40,000 nucleotides of DNA from Thauera sp. (GTDB lineage Bacteria > Pseudomonadota > Gammaproteobacteria > Burkholderiales > Rhodocyclaceae), in contig JANJTU010000314.1 of NCBI GenBank assembly GCA_024710965.1, forward strand, positions 25,222 to 65,221. Reading direction: 5' to 3'. The notes beneath the pieces are model-generated. The model did no database searches, was not told the DNA's origin, and was given only the letters and a program-made list of their open reading frames with translations. Shown in pieces: positions 33,668 through 40,000 of this stretch (the stretch's first letter is position 1; the number at the start of each line of letters is the position of its first letter). The position numbers and the translations under genes were made by a program.

Positions 33668-34320
33668 GGCACGGCCTCGGTCGGCAGCGCCCGGAACACG
33701 TCGCCATACAGCTTGAAGAACACGTTCGCCGCATGCCGCACATCGGCCTGGTCCTCCGCGGTCATGCGTTCCAGCAGACGCGCGAGATGGTGGACGTGCT
33801 CGCGGTCCAGCGTGCCGTGCGAGCGCAGGTAGGAGAACGCGCTGTGCGGCAGATCCAGCGCCTGCTGGATGCGGTCCGCCGCAGTCAGGGCCAGCGCCAC
33901 GCTGGTGCCTTCGAGCACGAACACCATGCCGAAGAAGGCTGCCGGATTGCCCCGGTTGATGAGGTCATAGGCATAGGCCACCATCACCTCGGCGGGCAAC
34001 TCGGGACGGCTGCGGCGCACGGCGTCCGCGTCGCCGCCCGCCGCCGCGATGTCGTTGAGGATCCATTGCTCATGGCCGATCTCCTCCTCGATGTACTCGG
34101 CCACGGCGCCGCGCAGCCAGGCCAGACGCTCGGGCAGGCGCCCGCCCAGGCTCATCAGCAGCGGGGTGGTGTGACGGACGTGGTGGTAGGCCTGGGCGAG
34201 AAAGGCGAGATAGGCTTCCCGGCTCGCCCGTCCTTCCAGGCAGGCGGCGATGATGGGCGAGCTCACCAGGTGCTGGCGCGCCGGCGCGGTCGCCTGCGTG
34301 AGTTCCTCATAGAAAGACAT
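33658..34320 (-). CDS. Heme-oxygenase-like fold protein (TenA/PqqC-like; iron-containing redox enzyme family candidate)
   Basis: The ATG at 34320 lies inside the artefactual 291-aa ORF. All-helical sequence with YLAFLAQAYHHVRHT...EYIEEEIGHEQW...FVLEGTS...YLRSHGTLDREH. The E..H and E-x2-H spacing is reminiscent of heme-oxygenase-like di-iron (HDO) enzymes and TenA-annotated proteins. The assignment is from memory. Confidence 0.7.
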   Translation of the reverse strand: MSFYEELTQATAPARQHLVSSPIIAACLEGRASREAYLAFLAQAYHHVRHTTPLLMSLGGRLPERLAWLRGAVAEYIEEEIGHEQWILNDIAAAGGDADAVRRSRPELPAEVMVAYAYDLINRGNPAAFFGMVFVLEGTSVALALTAADRIQQALDLPHSAFSYLRSHGTLDREHVHHLARLLERMTAEDQADVRHAANVFFKLYGDVFRALPTEAVPCA

Positions 34321-35794
34321 CGTGGGGGTCCTTTGAAGTGGGGGGTTCGGCATAGAGCGCGGCAATCCGTTCGGCATAGCGCTCGGCGATGCGGGCACGC
34401 ACCGGGCGGCCGTTGCCGGTCGCCAGGCCGTCGGCAGGGGAAAATGGCGCAACCACCGTCCAGTGCGCGAGGCGGGCGTAGTCCGGCAAGGAGGCGTTGA
34501 TGTCCGCAATGCGCGACGCAAGGGCGCTGGCATCGGCGCCGGCCGCGGGCACGAGGAGCGCGCTCAGCGCCGGGCGGCCGTCGCCGACCACGACTGCCTG
34601 CGCGATGAGCGGCTCGGCCAACAGCAGGGCTTCGATCCATTCGGGCGAGACATTCCGGCCGAACGAGGTGATGAGCAGGTTGCCCCGCCGGCCATCGAGG
34701 TTCAGGTGGCCGCGCGCATCGAGGTGGCCGAGATCGCCCGTCGCGAACTCGGCCGCAGCGGCCGCCGGTGCGCCGACGTAGCCGAGGAAGGCGCGGGTGC
34801 TGACGCGCACCTCGCCGTCCGCGATGCGCAGTTGCGCGTGTCGCAAGGGGGCGCCCGCGTCGTCACCATCGTCCCCGGGCAGGTTCAGGCACACCACCGA
34901 ACCGGCCTCGGTCAGGCCGTAGCCCTGATAGGCCGGAATGGCGCGCGCGCGCGCCTGCACGATCAGTCCGGGCGCCACGCGTGCGCCACCGACGGCGACG
35001 AAGCGCAGCCCTGGAGCGGCCTGACGCCCGGTCGCGCTCAGCCACGCCGCCCATGCCTTGAGCAGCTCGGGCACCAGGATCAGGCTCGACGCGGCGCTTT
35101 CGCGCACCGTCCTATCCAGGCACGCCGGGTCGAAGCCCGCCGCGCCGCGCCAGCCGATCGCCTCGAGCGGCCGCAGATGGACGGCAATGCCCCGCAACAG
35201 CGGCGCATACACGCCGGCCACGTTCTCCAGCAGCAGCGCGAGCGGCAGTGCCGAGAGATGGCTCGCCAGCGGCACGTCGAGCAGTCGCGCCCCCACCGCG
35301 CGCGCGGTATCCATCAGGCCCGCGTGCGCGAGACACACCCCCTTGGGGGTGCCGGTGCTGCCGGAGGTGAAGGAGATCTTCGTCGTGCCGGGCGGCAGAG
35401 GTGCCGCATCGACGACGCGGCGCATCCAGTGCAGCCCCTGCCAGCGCGCCGTGACGCAGAAGCCGAGATCCAGCGCGCCGATGCGTTCGGGCTGATCGGT
35501 GATGACGGTATCGGCGCCGCTGCGCCCGAGCGCGTGACGCAACTGGGCCGGGGTGAAGAAGCCCGGCAGCGGCAGGTGAACCTTGCCGGCGACCTGGCTG
35601 CCGATGTCTGCCAGCACCCACGCGGGGCTGTTGTCCGCCAGCACGCCGATCACCCGGCTTTCGGCCAGGAGTTCCTGCAGGCGCAGGAGTTCGGCCCGCA
35701 GCTCGCCTGCGCGCCAGCAACGCTGCGCCGAGAGCAGCATGGGGGTGTCCGCCGGATGCCGCGCAAACTCGTCGAGCCAGGAGAACTCAGCCAC
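34307..35794 (-). CDS. AMP-binding (adenylate-forming, acyl-CoA-synthetase-like) enzyme
   Basis: ISFTSGSTGTPKGV (A3 core motif), GYGLTEAG (A5) and ATGDLG (A7). GTG start at 35794. It overlaps the upstream gene by 8 nt and the downstream gene by 14 nt. Confidence 0.9.
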   Translation of the reverse strand: MAEFSWLDEFARHPADTPMLLSAQRCWRAGELRAELLRLQELLAESRVIGVLADNSPAWVLADIGSQVAGKVHLPLPGFFTPAQLRHALGRSGADTVITDQPERIGALDLGFCVTARWQGLHWMRRVVDAAPLPPGTTKISFTSGSTGTPKGVCLAHAGLMDTARAVGARLLDVPLASHLSALPLALLLENVAGVYAPLLRGIAVHLRPLEAIGWRGAAGFDPACLDRTVRESAASSLILVPELLKAWAAWLSATGRQAAPGLRFVAVGGARVAPGLIVQARARAIPAYQGYGLTEAGSVVCLNLPGDDGDDAGAPLRHAQLRIADGEVRVSTRAFLGYVGAPAAAAAEFATGDLGHLDARGHLNLDGRRGNLLITSFGRNVSPEWIEALLLAEPLIAQAVVVGDGRPALSALLVPAAGADASALASRIADINASLPDYARLAHWTVVAPFSPADGLATGNGRPVRARIAERYAERIAALYAEPPTSKDPHDVFL

Positions 35795-36389
35795 GCCACG
35801 CCCCCCTCTCCAGGGCGAGGCCGACCTTCCCTGCGACGACGACCGGCTTCGTTTCGTAGTAGCGCCCCCACGCCCGCGCCTGTTCTCCCAGGCGCAAGGG
35901 GTCGGCCGGCGCGAGCGCCAGCAGCGGCAGGCCCAGGCGGCGGAACAGGCCGATCAGCTCACTCGTCGCGGTGAAAGCCACCCATTCGAAGCCCAGCCGA
36001 TGCAGGTGCGCGGCCAGGCAGAGAATCACGTCCATGCTGCTGCCGCGACGCTCCGCCGCCAGGTTGCCCACCTCGACAATGCGCGCCCGCGGCACGGGCT
36101 GGCCGGCCAGCCGGCTGACTGCCGCCTCGACCGGCACATCCAGGTAGTTCTCCAGCAGCAAGCCGTCGTCGACCGCACTGCGCCAACCCACCGCCGCCAC
36201 GATGCGCGGCTCGTGCTCGAGCAGCATCAGGTTCGGCGCAAACGCCGGCACGTCGGCAGCGTATGCATGCCGGAAGATGGCGCGGATGAAGTGCTCGGCC
36301 TCCTCGCGGCGAGGATGTCCCGCCACGACATGGCGCACGCTCGGCCGACGATGCGATGCGGAAAGTGTGCGTTGAAGCGCGCCCGACAT
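35787..36389 (-). CDS. Thermostable-hemolysin-family (T_hemolysin-like, probable acyltransferase fold) protein
   Basis: ~200 aa. EAEHFIRAIFRHAYAADVPAFAPNLMLLE...IVEVGNLAAERRGSSMDVILCLAAHLHRLGFEWVAFTATSELIGLFRRLG resembles proteins annotated as thermostable hemolysin in proteobacteria, by my recollection only. Start ATG 36389 preferred; TTG 36419 is possible. Confidence 0.65.
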   Translation of the reverse strand: MSGALQRTLSASHRRPSVRHVVAGHPRREEAEHFIRAIFRHAYAADVPAFAPNLMLLEHEPRIVAAVGWRSAVDDGLLLENYLDVPVEAAVSRLAGQPVPRARIVEVGNLAAERRGSSMDVILCLAAHLHRLGFEWVAFTATSELIGLFRRLGLPLLALAPADPLRLGEQARAWGRYYETKPVVVAGKVGLALERGAWRG

Positions 36390-36570
36390 GATGACCCTTG
36401 GGAAACGATGTGTCGCCAAGGTACGGGGCGCGGATTAAGTTGAGCTTAAGCGCGCTGTCCGGCGTGCTCGCCGTGCATTGGCCGGCCCCATCTGCGCGGC
36501 CGCCACGGCGCGGCAGGCGCCGGGCTGGCGGGGCCGGCCGCTGCCGAGCCGGTCGTTACGAAGTGAAAAT

Positions 36571-36633
36571 GTTGCACCGCATATAGCACCAACCCATAGA
36601 TATACCTTATAGTTGCATTGGGTGCTCACACAA
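36571..36633. promoter_or_regulatory. AT-rich divergent promoter/operator region
   Basis: This is the lowest-GC stretch of the locus. Minus-strand sigma70-like pair: TTGTGT (36633-36628), 16 nt, TATAAG (36611-36606). Overlapping plus-strand -10-like TATAGT (36608-36613). Inverted repeat AGCACC (36585-36590) / GGTGCT (36621-36626). Direct repeat GTTGCA (36571-36576 and 36612-36617). Confidence 0.35.
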
Positions 36634-36689
36634 TTCGGTGTGGCAGGTGTATGCGATGGTCGGGCCGCCACGCAGCTTCTGCACGACCT

Positions 36690-37952
36690 ATGAGCACACC
36701 GACATCGATTCAGATTGTCGCCACCGCGCTGTTCGCCGTGGCCATCCTCCACACCTTCTCCACCCGGATCTTTCAACGCCTGGCGCACACGCAGCCCAGG
36801 CACGCCGGGGTCTGGCATCTCCTCGGCGAGATCGAAGTCGTGTTCGGCTTCTGGGCGCTGGTCCTGGCGCTTTCCATGTTCGCGATCGAAGGGCCGTTGG
36901 TCGCCATCGATTACATCGACTCACGAAACTTCACCGAGCCACTGTTCGTCTTCGCGATCATGGTGATCGCAGCCACCCGGCCGATCCTGCAGACGACGAT
37001 GAACGGGGTGAGCCTGATCGCACGCCAGCTCCCCCTGCCGGGCAGCCTGGGCTACTACCTCACGATAATGGCCGTGGTGCCGCTGCTCGGCTCGTTCATC
37101 ACCGAGCCGGCCGCGATGACGCTGGCCGCCCTGATGCTGGCCGACCAGTTCTTCGCCCGCGGCATCTCGTCCCGCCTCAAGTACGTGACGCTGGGCGTGC
37201 TGTTCGTGAACGTCTCGATCGGGGGCACGCTGACGCCCTTCGCGGCGCCGCCCGTCCTGATGGTCGCGGGGAAGTGGGGCTGGGACACGAGCTTCATGAT
37301 GGCGACCTTCGGCTGGAAGGCGGCCATCGCGTGCTGCATCAATGCGCTCTGCGTTGCCCTGGCCTTCCGCAAGGAGCTGGCGAGGCTGCCCCTGGCGGCC
37401 CCCAACGGCGATGCCGTCAGGGTGCCGACGGTACTCACCCTCGCCCATCTGGGCTTCCTCAGCGGGGTGGTGATCTTCGCTCACCACCCGGCGATCTTCA
37501 TGGGCCTGTTCCTGTTCTTTCTCGGCGTGGCGAACGCCTACCCTCAGCATCAGGACCGCCTGATCCTGCGCGAAGGACTGCTGGTGGCATTCTTCCTCGC
37601 GGGGCTGGTGATGCTGGGCGGACAGCAGCAATGGTGGCTGGAGCCGGTCCTGATGGGCATGAGCAGCGAGGCGGTGTACTTCGGCGCCACCGCGCTGACG
37701 GCCGTGACCGACAATGCGGCGCTGACCTACCTGGGCTCCCTGGTCAACGGTTTGTCCGACGACTTCAAGTACGCCCTGGTCGCCGGCGCAGTGACCGGCG
37801 GCGGCCTCACCGTGATCGCCAACGCGCCCAACCCGGCCGGCGTTTCCATCCTGAAGGCGCACCTCGACGATCAGGCGGTCAACCCGCTCAGCCTTCTGCT
37901 GTCGGCGCTGCCGCCGACCTTGGTCGCCATGTTCGCCTTCAGCATTCTTTAG
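36690..37952 (+). CDS. Polytopic inner-membrane protein, DUF1504 / putative Na+/H+ antiporter-type family
   Basis: About 11-12 hydrophobic segments. IQIVATALFAVAILHTFS...LGSFITEPAAMTLAA...AVTDNAALTYLG...GGGLTVIANAPNPAG resembles the family annotated as putative Na+/H+ antiporter (DUF1504) as I recall it. The ATG at 36690 is preferred over the 36618 start, whose extra residues are Arg/Cys-rich. Confidence 0.7.
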   Translation: MSTPTSIQIVATALFAVAILHTFSTRIFQRLAHTQPRHAGVWHLLGEIEVVFGFWALVLALSMFAIEGPLVAIDYIDSRNFTEPLFVFAIMVIAATRPILQTTMNGVSLIARQLPLPGSLGYYLTIMAVVPLLGSFITEPAAMTLAALMLADQFFARGISSRLKYVTLGVLFVNVSIGGTLTPFAAPPVLMVAGKWGWDTSFMMATFGWKAAIACCINALCVALAFRKELARLPLAAPNGDAVRVPTVLTLAHLGFLSGVVIFAHHPAIFMGLFLFFLGVANAYPQHQDRLILREGLLVAFFLAGLVMLGGQQQWWLEPVLMGMSSEAVYFGATALTAVTDNAALTYLGSLVNGLSDDFKYALVAGAVTGGGLTVIANAPNPAGVSILKAHLDDQAVNPLSLLLSALPPTLVAMFAFSIL

Positions 37953-38160
37953 GCGGGAGGCGGGCACGGCGCGAAGGGCGTGCTTGCGCCGGCCAGGGCT
38001 GCGGCCAACAGGGCATACGGGACGCTGCGCTGCATCGATCTACGTCCGGCCAGGGCCGCCCGGCGAGGCCCCCTCACGTCTTCGGTGGCCGGTTGTGCGA
38101 CTCGCTCGGTCGGTCCCAAGCAGGTTCGCCCCCAACCCGAAGGCGGGCATGCGGCCAGGC

Positions 38161-38760
38161 TCAGAGCACGCGTTCGATCTGCCCGTAGTCTCCGCGGGTC
38201 TGCAGCGTGATGGTGACCTCGGCGCCCGAGCGGTTGCGCCAGTACCACCCGTGCTTGCCATCGAAGGCGGCCTGCAGGGTACCGGCAGCGGCGGTTTCGT
38301 TCTTGCCCTTGCCATAGCCGTGGTAGAAGCCGTCGGGTGCTTTGACCGGATCGCCGTGGGTATCGTAGCTGACCGGGCCGCCGACCGTGGACCACGCGTA
38401 GCCGACGCTGGCGTCCTTTTGCATGGTCAGCTTGATCTCCGCAGCCTCACCGGGCTTGAGGCTGATCGTCACGGTATGTTGCCGCGCCGGCGCCACCTCG
38501 GCGGCTGCGGGTTCGGAGCGCGGTGTCACCGCGGGCGCCAGTGCCCCGGCGTTGGCCGCGGTCGCGAGCGAAATCTTGATCTCACCCATCTGGGTCAGGC
38601 CGAGGGCGCGACCGACGCCGGTCGGATCGATGCCGTACTCCGCCGGCAGGATGGTCGTAACGAGCAGGCCGGTCGCGATCAGCGCGGCGACGGCGGTGGA
38701 ACGCAGCAATTTGCCCGTGCTCGGCAGTTCGGCGCGGGCAGGAAGCTCGGTGTTGTACAT
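38161..38760 (-). CDS. Hypothetical membrane-anchored periplasmic protein
   Basis: ATG at 38760 preceded by GGAG. N-terminal anchor LLRSTAVAALIATGLLVTTIL, an Ala/Pro linker, then a beta-rich domain (HTVTISLKPGEAAEIKLTMQKDASVGYAWS...GAEVTITLQTRGDY). It lies 20 nt downstream of the HupE/UreJ gene. Confidence 0.6.
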   Translation of the reverse strand: MYNTELPARAELPSTGKLLRSTAVAALIATGLLVTTILPAEYGIDPTGVGRALGLTQMGEIKISLATAANAGALAPAVTPRSEPAAAEVAPARQHTVTISLKPGEAAEIKLTMQKDASVGYAWSTVGGPVSYDTHGDPVKAPDGFYHGYGKGKNETAAAGTLQAAFDGKHGWYWRNRSGAEVTITLQTRGDYGQIERVL

Positions 38761-38780
38761 GGGTCGGGACTCCGCGGAAT

Positions 38781-39515
38781 TCAGGAAAGGAAGAGTCCGG
38801 TCAGCTGATGGCCGATCAGCATGAAGCCGGCGCACATCATGGCGACGTTGACGGTGTAGGCATGCTTCAGGAACGCGGCGGTACGCCGCCAGTAGCCCAT
38901 CGCAAGCAGGATCGTGCCGAGCGCGAGCAACTGCCCAATCTCGACGCCGACATTGAACGCCAGCAGGTTGGGCAGCAGGCCGTCACGCGCAAGCTCGAAT
39001 TCCTGGAGCTTCGCCGCCAGGCCAAAGCCGTGAAACAGCCCGAAAACCAGGGTCGCGAGCTTGGTGTCGGGCTGCACGCCGAACCAGCGCTGGTAGGCCC
39101 CCAGGTTGTCGAGGGCCTTGTAGACGACGGACAGGCCGATGATCGCGTCGATCAGATAGGCATTGACGCTGACCCCGGCATAGACGCCGTACAGCATGGT
39201 GACCGAGTGCCCGATCGCGAACAGGCTGACGTAGAGCGCGATGTCCTTGAGCCGGTAGAGGAAGAAGATCACGCCGGCGAGAAACAGCAGATGGTCGTAG
39301 CAGGTGACCATGTGCTTGGCGCCGAGATAGATGAAGGGCAACAGCTGCGTGCCCGAGATCTCCTGGATATAGCCCTTGTCGCCTTCGGCCACGCCGTGGG
39401 CCTGCGCAGCGGCGCTGAAGAGCAGGTGGAGCAGCACGCCGGCGACGGCGTGCGGAAATGCTCCGAGATGGAGCAGCCGTGCAGGCTGCCCCCGGTCGGG
39501 AAACCGTCGAGTCAT
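38781..39515 (-). CDS. HupE/UreJ-family (HupE_UreJ_2-type) membrane protein, putative Ni/Co or other metal transporter
   Basis: The signal-like N-terminus ends AAQA-HG, giving a His near the mature N-terminus as in HupE/UreJ proteins. Also HLLFLAGVIFF, FAIGHSVT, GLFHGFGLA and VGVEIGQL membrane motifs. Confidence 0.75.
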   Translation of the reverse strand: MTRRFPDRGQPARLLHLGAFPHAVAGVLLHLLFSAAAQAHGVAEGDKGYIQEISGTQLLPFIYLGAKHMVTCYDHLLFLAGVIFFLYRLKDIALYVSLFAIGHSVTMLYGVYAGVSVNAYLIDAIIGLSVVYKALDNLGAYQRWFGVQPDTKLATLVFGLFHGFGLAAKLQEFELARDGLLPNLLAFNVGVEIGQLLALGTILLAMGYWRRTAAFLKHAYTVNVAMMCAGFMLIGHQLTGLFLS

Positions 39516-39911
39516 GTGTCAGTTCCGATCAAATTGAGCACGGGCCACTTTGTCATGCAAACAACGGGCCAGCTTCGTTAGAAGATCGGAACGGTCTGGG
39601 GCGGACGCTCGGAGGGGAAATGGGAGCCGGGATGGGAGACCCATCGATCAGATGCGATTGCGGGAACTGCGTCATGAACGAGTTCACCACCTCGCGGCAA
39701 CGCACCGCAATGCTTCCTTGCCGCGACCTCGCTGCACCTACGGAGCTCTCGCGCTTGGCTCCGTCGTTGTCGCGCGGCCGCTCCGACATCCAGGGCATCT
39801 GCGACAGGCGCTATCGAACATCGATGACGAATGGCCGCAGATGGCCGGACTGAGCCTGGCGGGAGCTCACATGACTCGACGCGTTCGGCGCGACGGCGCG
39901 CTATCTGGCGA

Positions 39912-40000
39912 TCACTGCTCCACCACGTAGCCGGCCTCCTTCCAGGCCTTCATGCCGCCGTCCAGCGCAGCGGCGCGGCCATAGCCCAGGTCACGCAGGG
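39912..40000 (-). CDS. C-terminal end of a rhodanese-like domain protein; the gene's 5' part lies beyond the window edge
   Basis: My reverse-strand translation reads ...LRDLGYGRAAALDGGMKAWKEAGYVVEQ*, with the stop at 39912-39914. L.GG..AW...G is the typical rhodanese-domain C-terminus. Confidence 0.55.
   Translation of the reverse strand, partial: LRDLGYGRAAALDGGMKAWKEAGYVVEQ

Noticed and set aside
36618-36689. Longer start (36618) for the DUF1504-type transporter, and the TTG at 36419 for the hemolysin-family gene.
   Set aside because: The extra N-terminal residues (MGAHTIRCGRCMRWSGRHAASARP and MATHRFPRVI) are Arg/Cys-rich and would intrude into the AT-rich promoter region. The downstream ATGs give family-typical N-termini. 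The starts remain unproven.
39516-39911. Considered calling a cobalamin riboswitch upstream of the HupE/UreJ gene. The minus strand contains AAGGAAGC...GGTGGTGAA...CAGTTCCCGCAATCG, faintly like the GGGAA/GGTG/CCCGCAAC core.
   Set aside because: I could not find a B12-box-like element (AGYCMGGAGACCKGCC type) or the GCCACTG element on the correct strand, and the spacing is off. It is reported only as an unclassified candidate leader, not as a riboswitch feature.
39458-39930. ORFs inside the leader region (131 aa and 126 aa on the plus strand, 81 aa on the minus strand).
   Set aside because: They have no convincing RBS, they overlap each other, their composition is odd (Arg/Cys/Ser-rich), and no motif is recognisable. 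The region is more likely non-coding.

Overview
Very GC-rich proteobacterial window, probably beta-proteobacterial chromosome. I call about 42 protein-coding genes and found no rRNA, tRNA, IS element, integrase or CRISPR array. The six-frame track is full of long Arg/Ala/Gly/Pro-rich shadow ORFs, which are GC artefacts. Real genes were picked by protein-like translations, family motifs, Shine-Dalgarno sequences and tight or overlapping junctions. Many starts were re-set downstream of the longest ORF.

Layout:
(i) 1-6159, minus strand: a molybdenum hydroxylase module. It comprises a CoxL-type large subunit fused to a CoxG/SRPBCC domain, a CoxM-type FAD subunit, an AraC regulator, a MocA-like cytidylyltransferase and an acidic repeat protein.
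(ii) 6438-9426: a small stress patch with two tandem Hsp20 genes, a vapBC toxin-antitoxin pair and chrA bracketed by C-rich tracts.
(iii) 9541-10827: a secreted glycoside-hydrolase-like gene.
(iv) 10843-26266, minus strand: an unbroken run of 16 genes. In transcription order these are an outer-membrane channel, a NitT/TauT-type ABC importer, an SDR, an alpha/beta hydrolase, IclR, an SDR, a ThDP enzyme, an aspartate-dehydrogenase homologue, an aldehyde dehydrogenase, a VOC extradiol dioxygenase, a small ORF, a Rieske oxygenase, a PDR-type reductase and an FRG-domain protein. This looks like an uptake and catabolic supercluster for an unidentified aromatic or heteroaromatic substrate.
(v) 26774-30052, plus strand: cupin, gamma-carbonic-anhydrase-like, catalase-related and 2OG-Fe(II)-oxygenase-like genes.
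(vi) 30095-36389, minus strand: the most interesting locus. It is a translationally coupled seven-gene operon: thermostable-hemolysin-family (acyltransferase-like) protein, adenylate-forming enzyme, heme-oxygenase-like/TenA-like protein, SDR, periplasmic TPR protein, OmpR-type response regulator and histidine kinase. I interpret it as a candidate uncharacterised small-molecule synthase-plus-sensor (signalling) system.
(vii) 36690-40000: a DUF1504-type membrane transporter, a HupE/UreJ metal-transporter gene with an anchored periplasmic partner and a long lower-GC leader, and the 3' end of a rhodanese-like gene.

All family assignments come from reading translations and recalling families. No database search was run.
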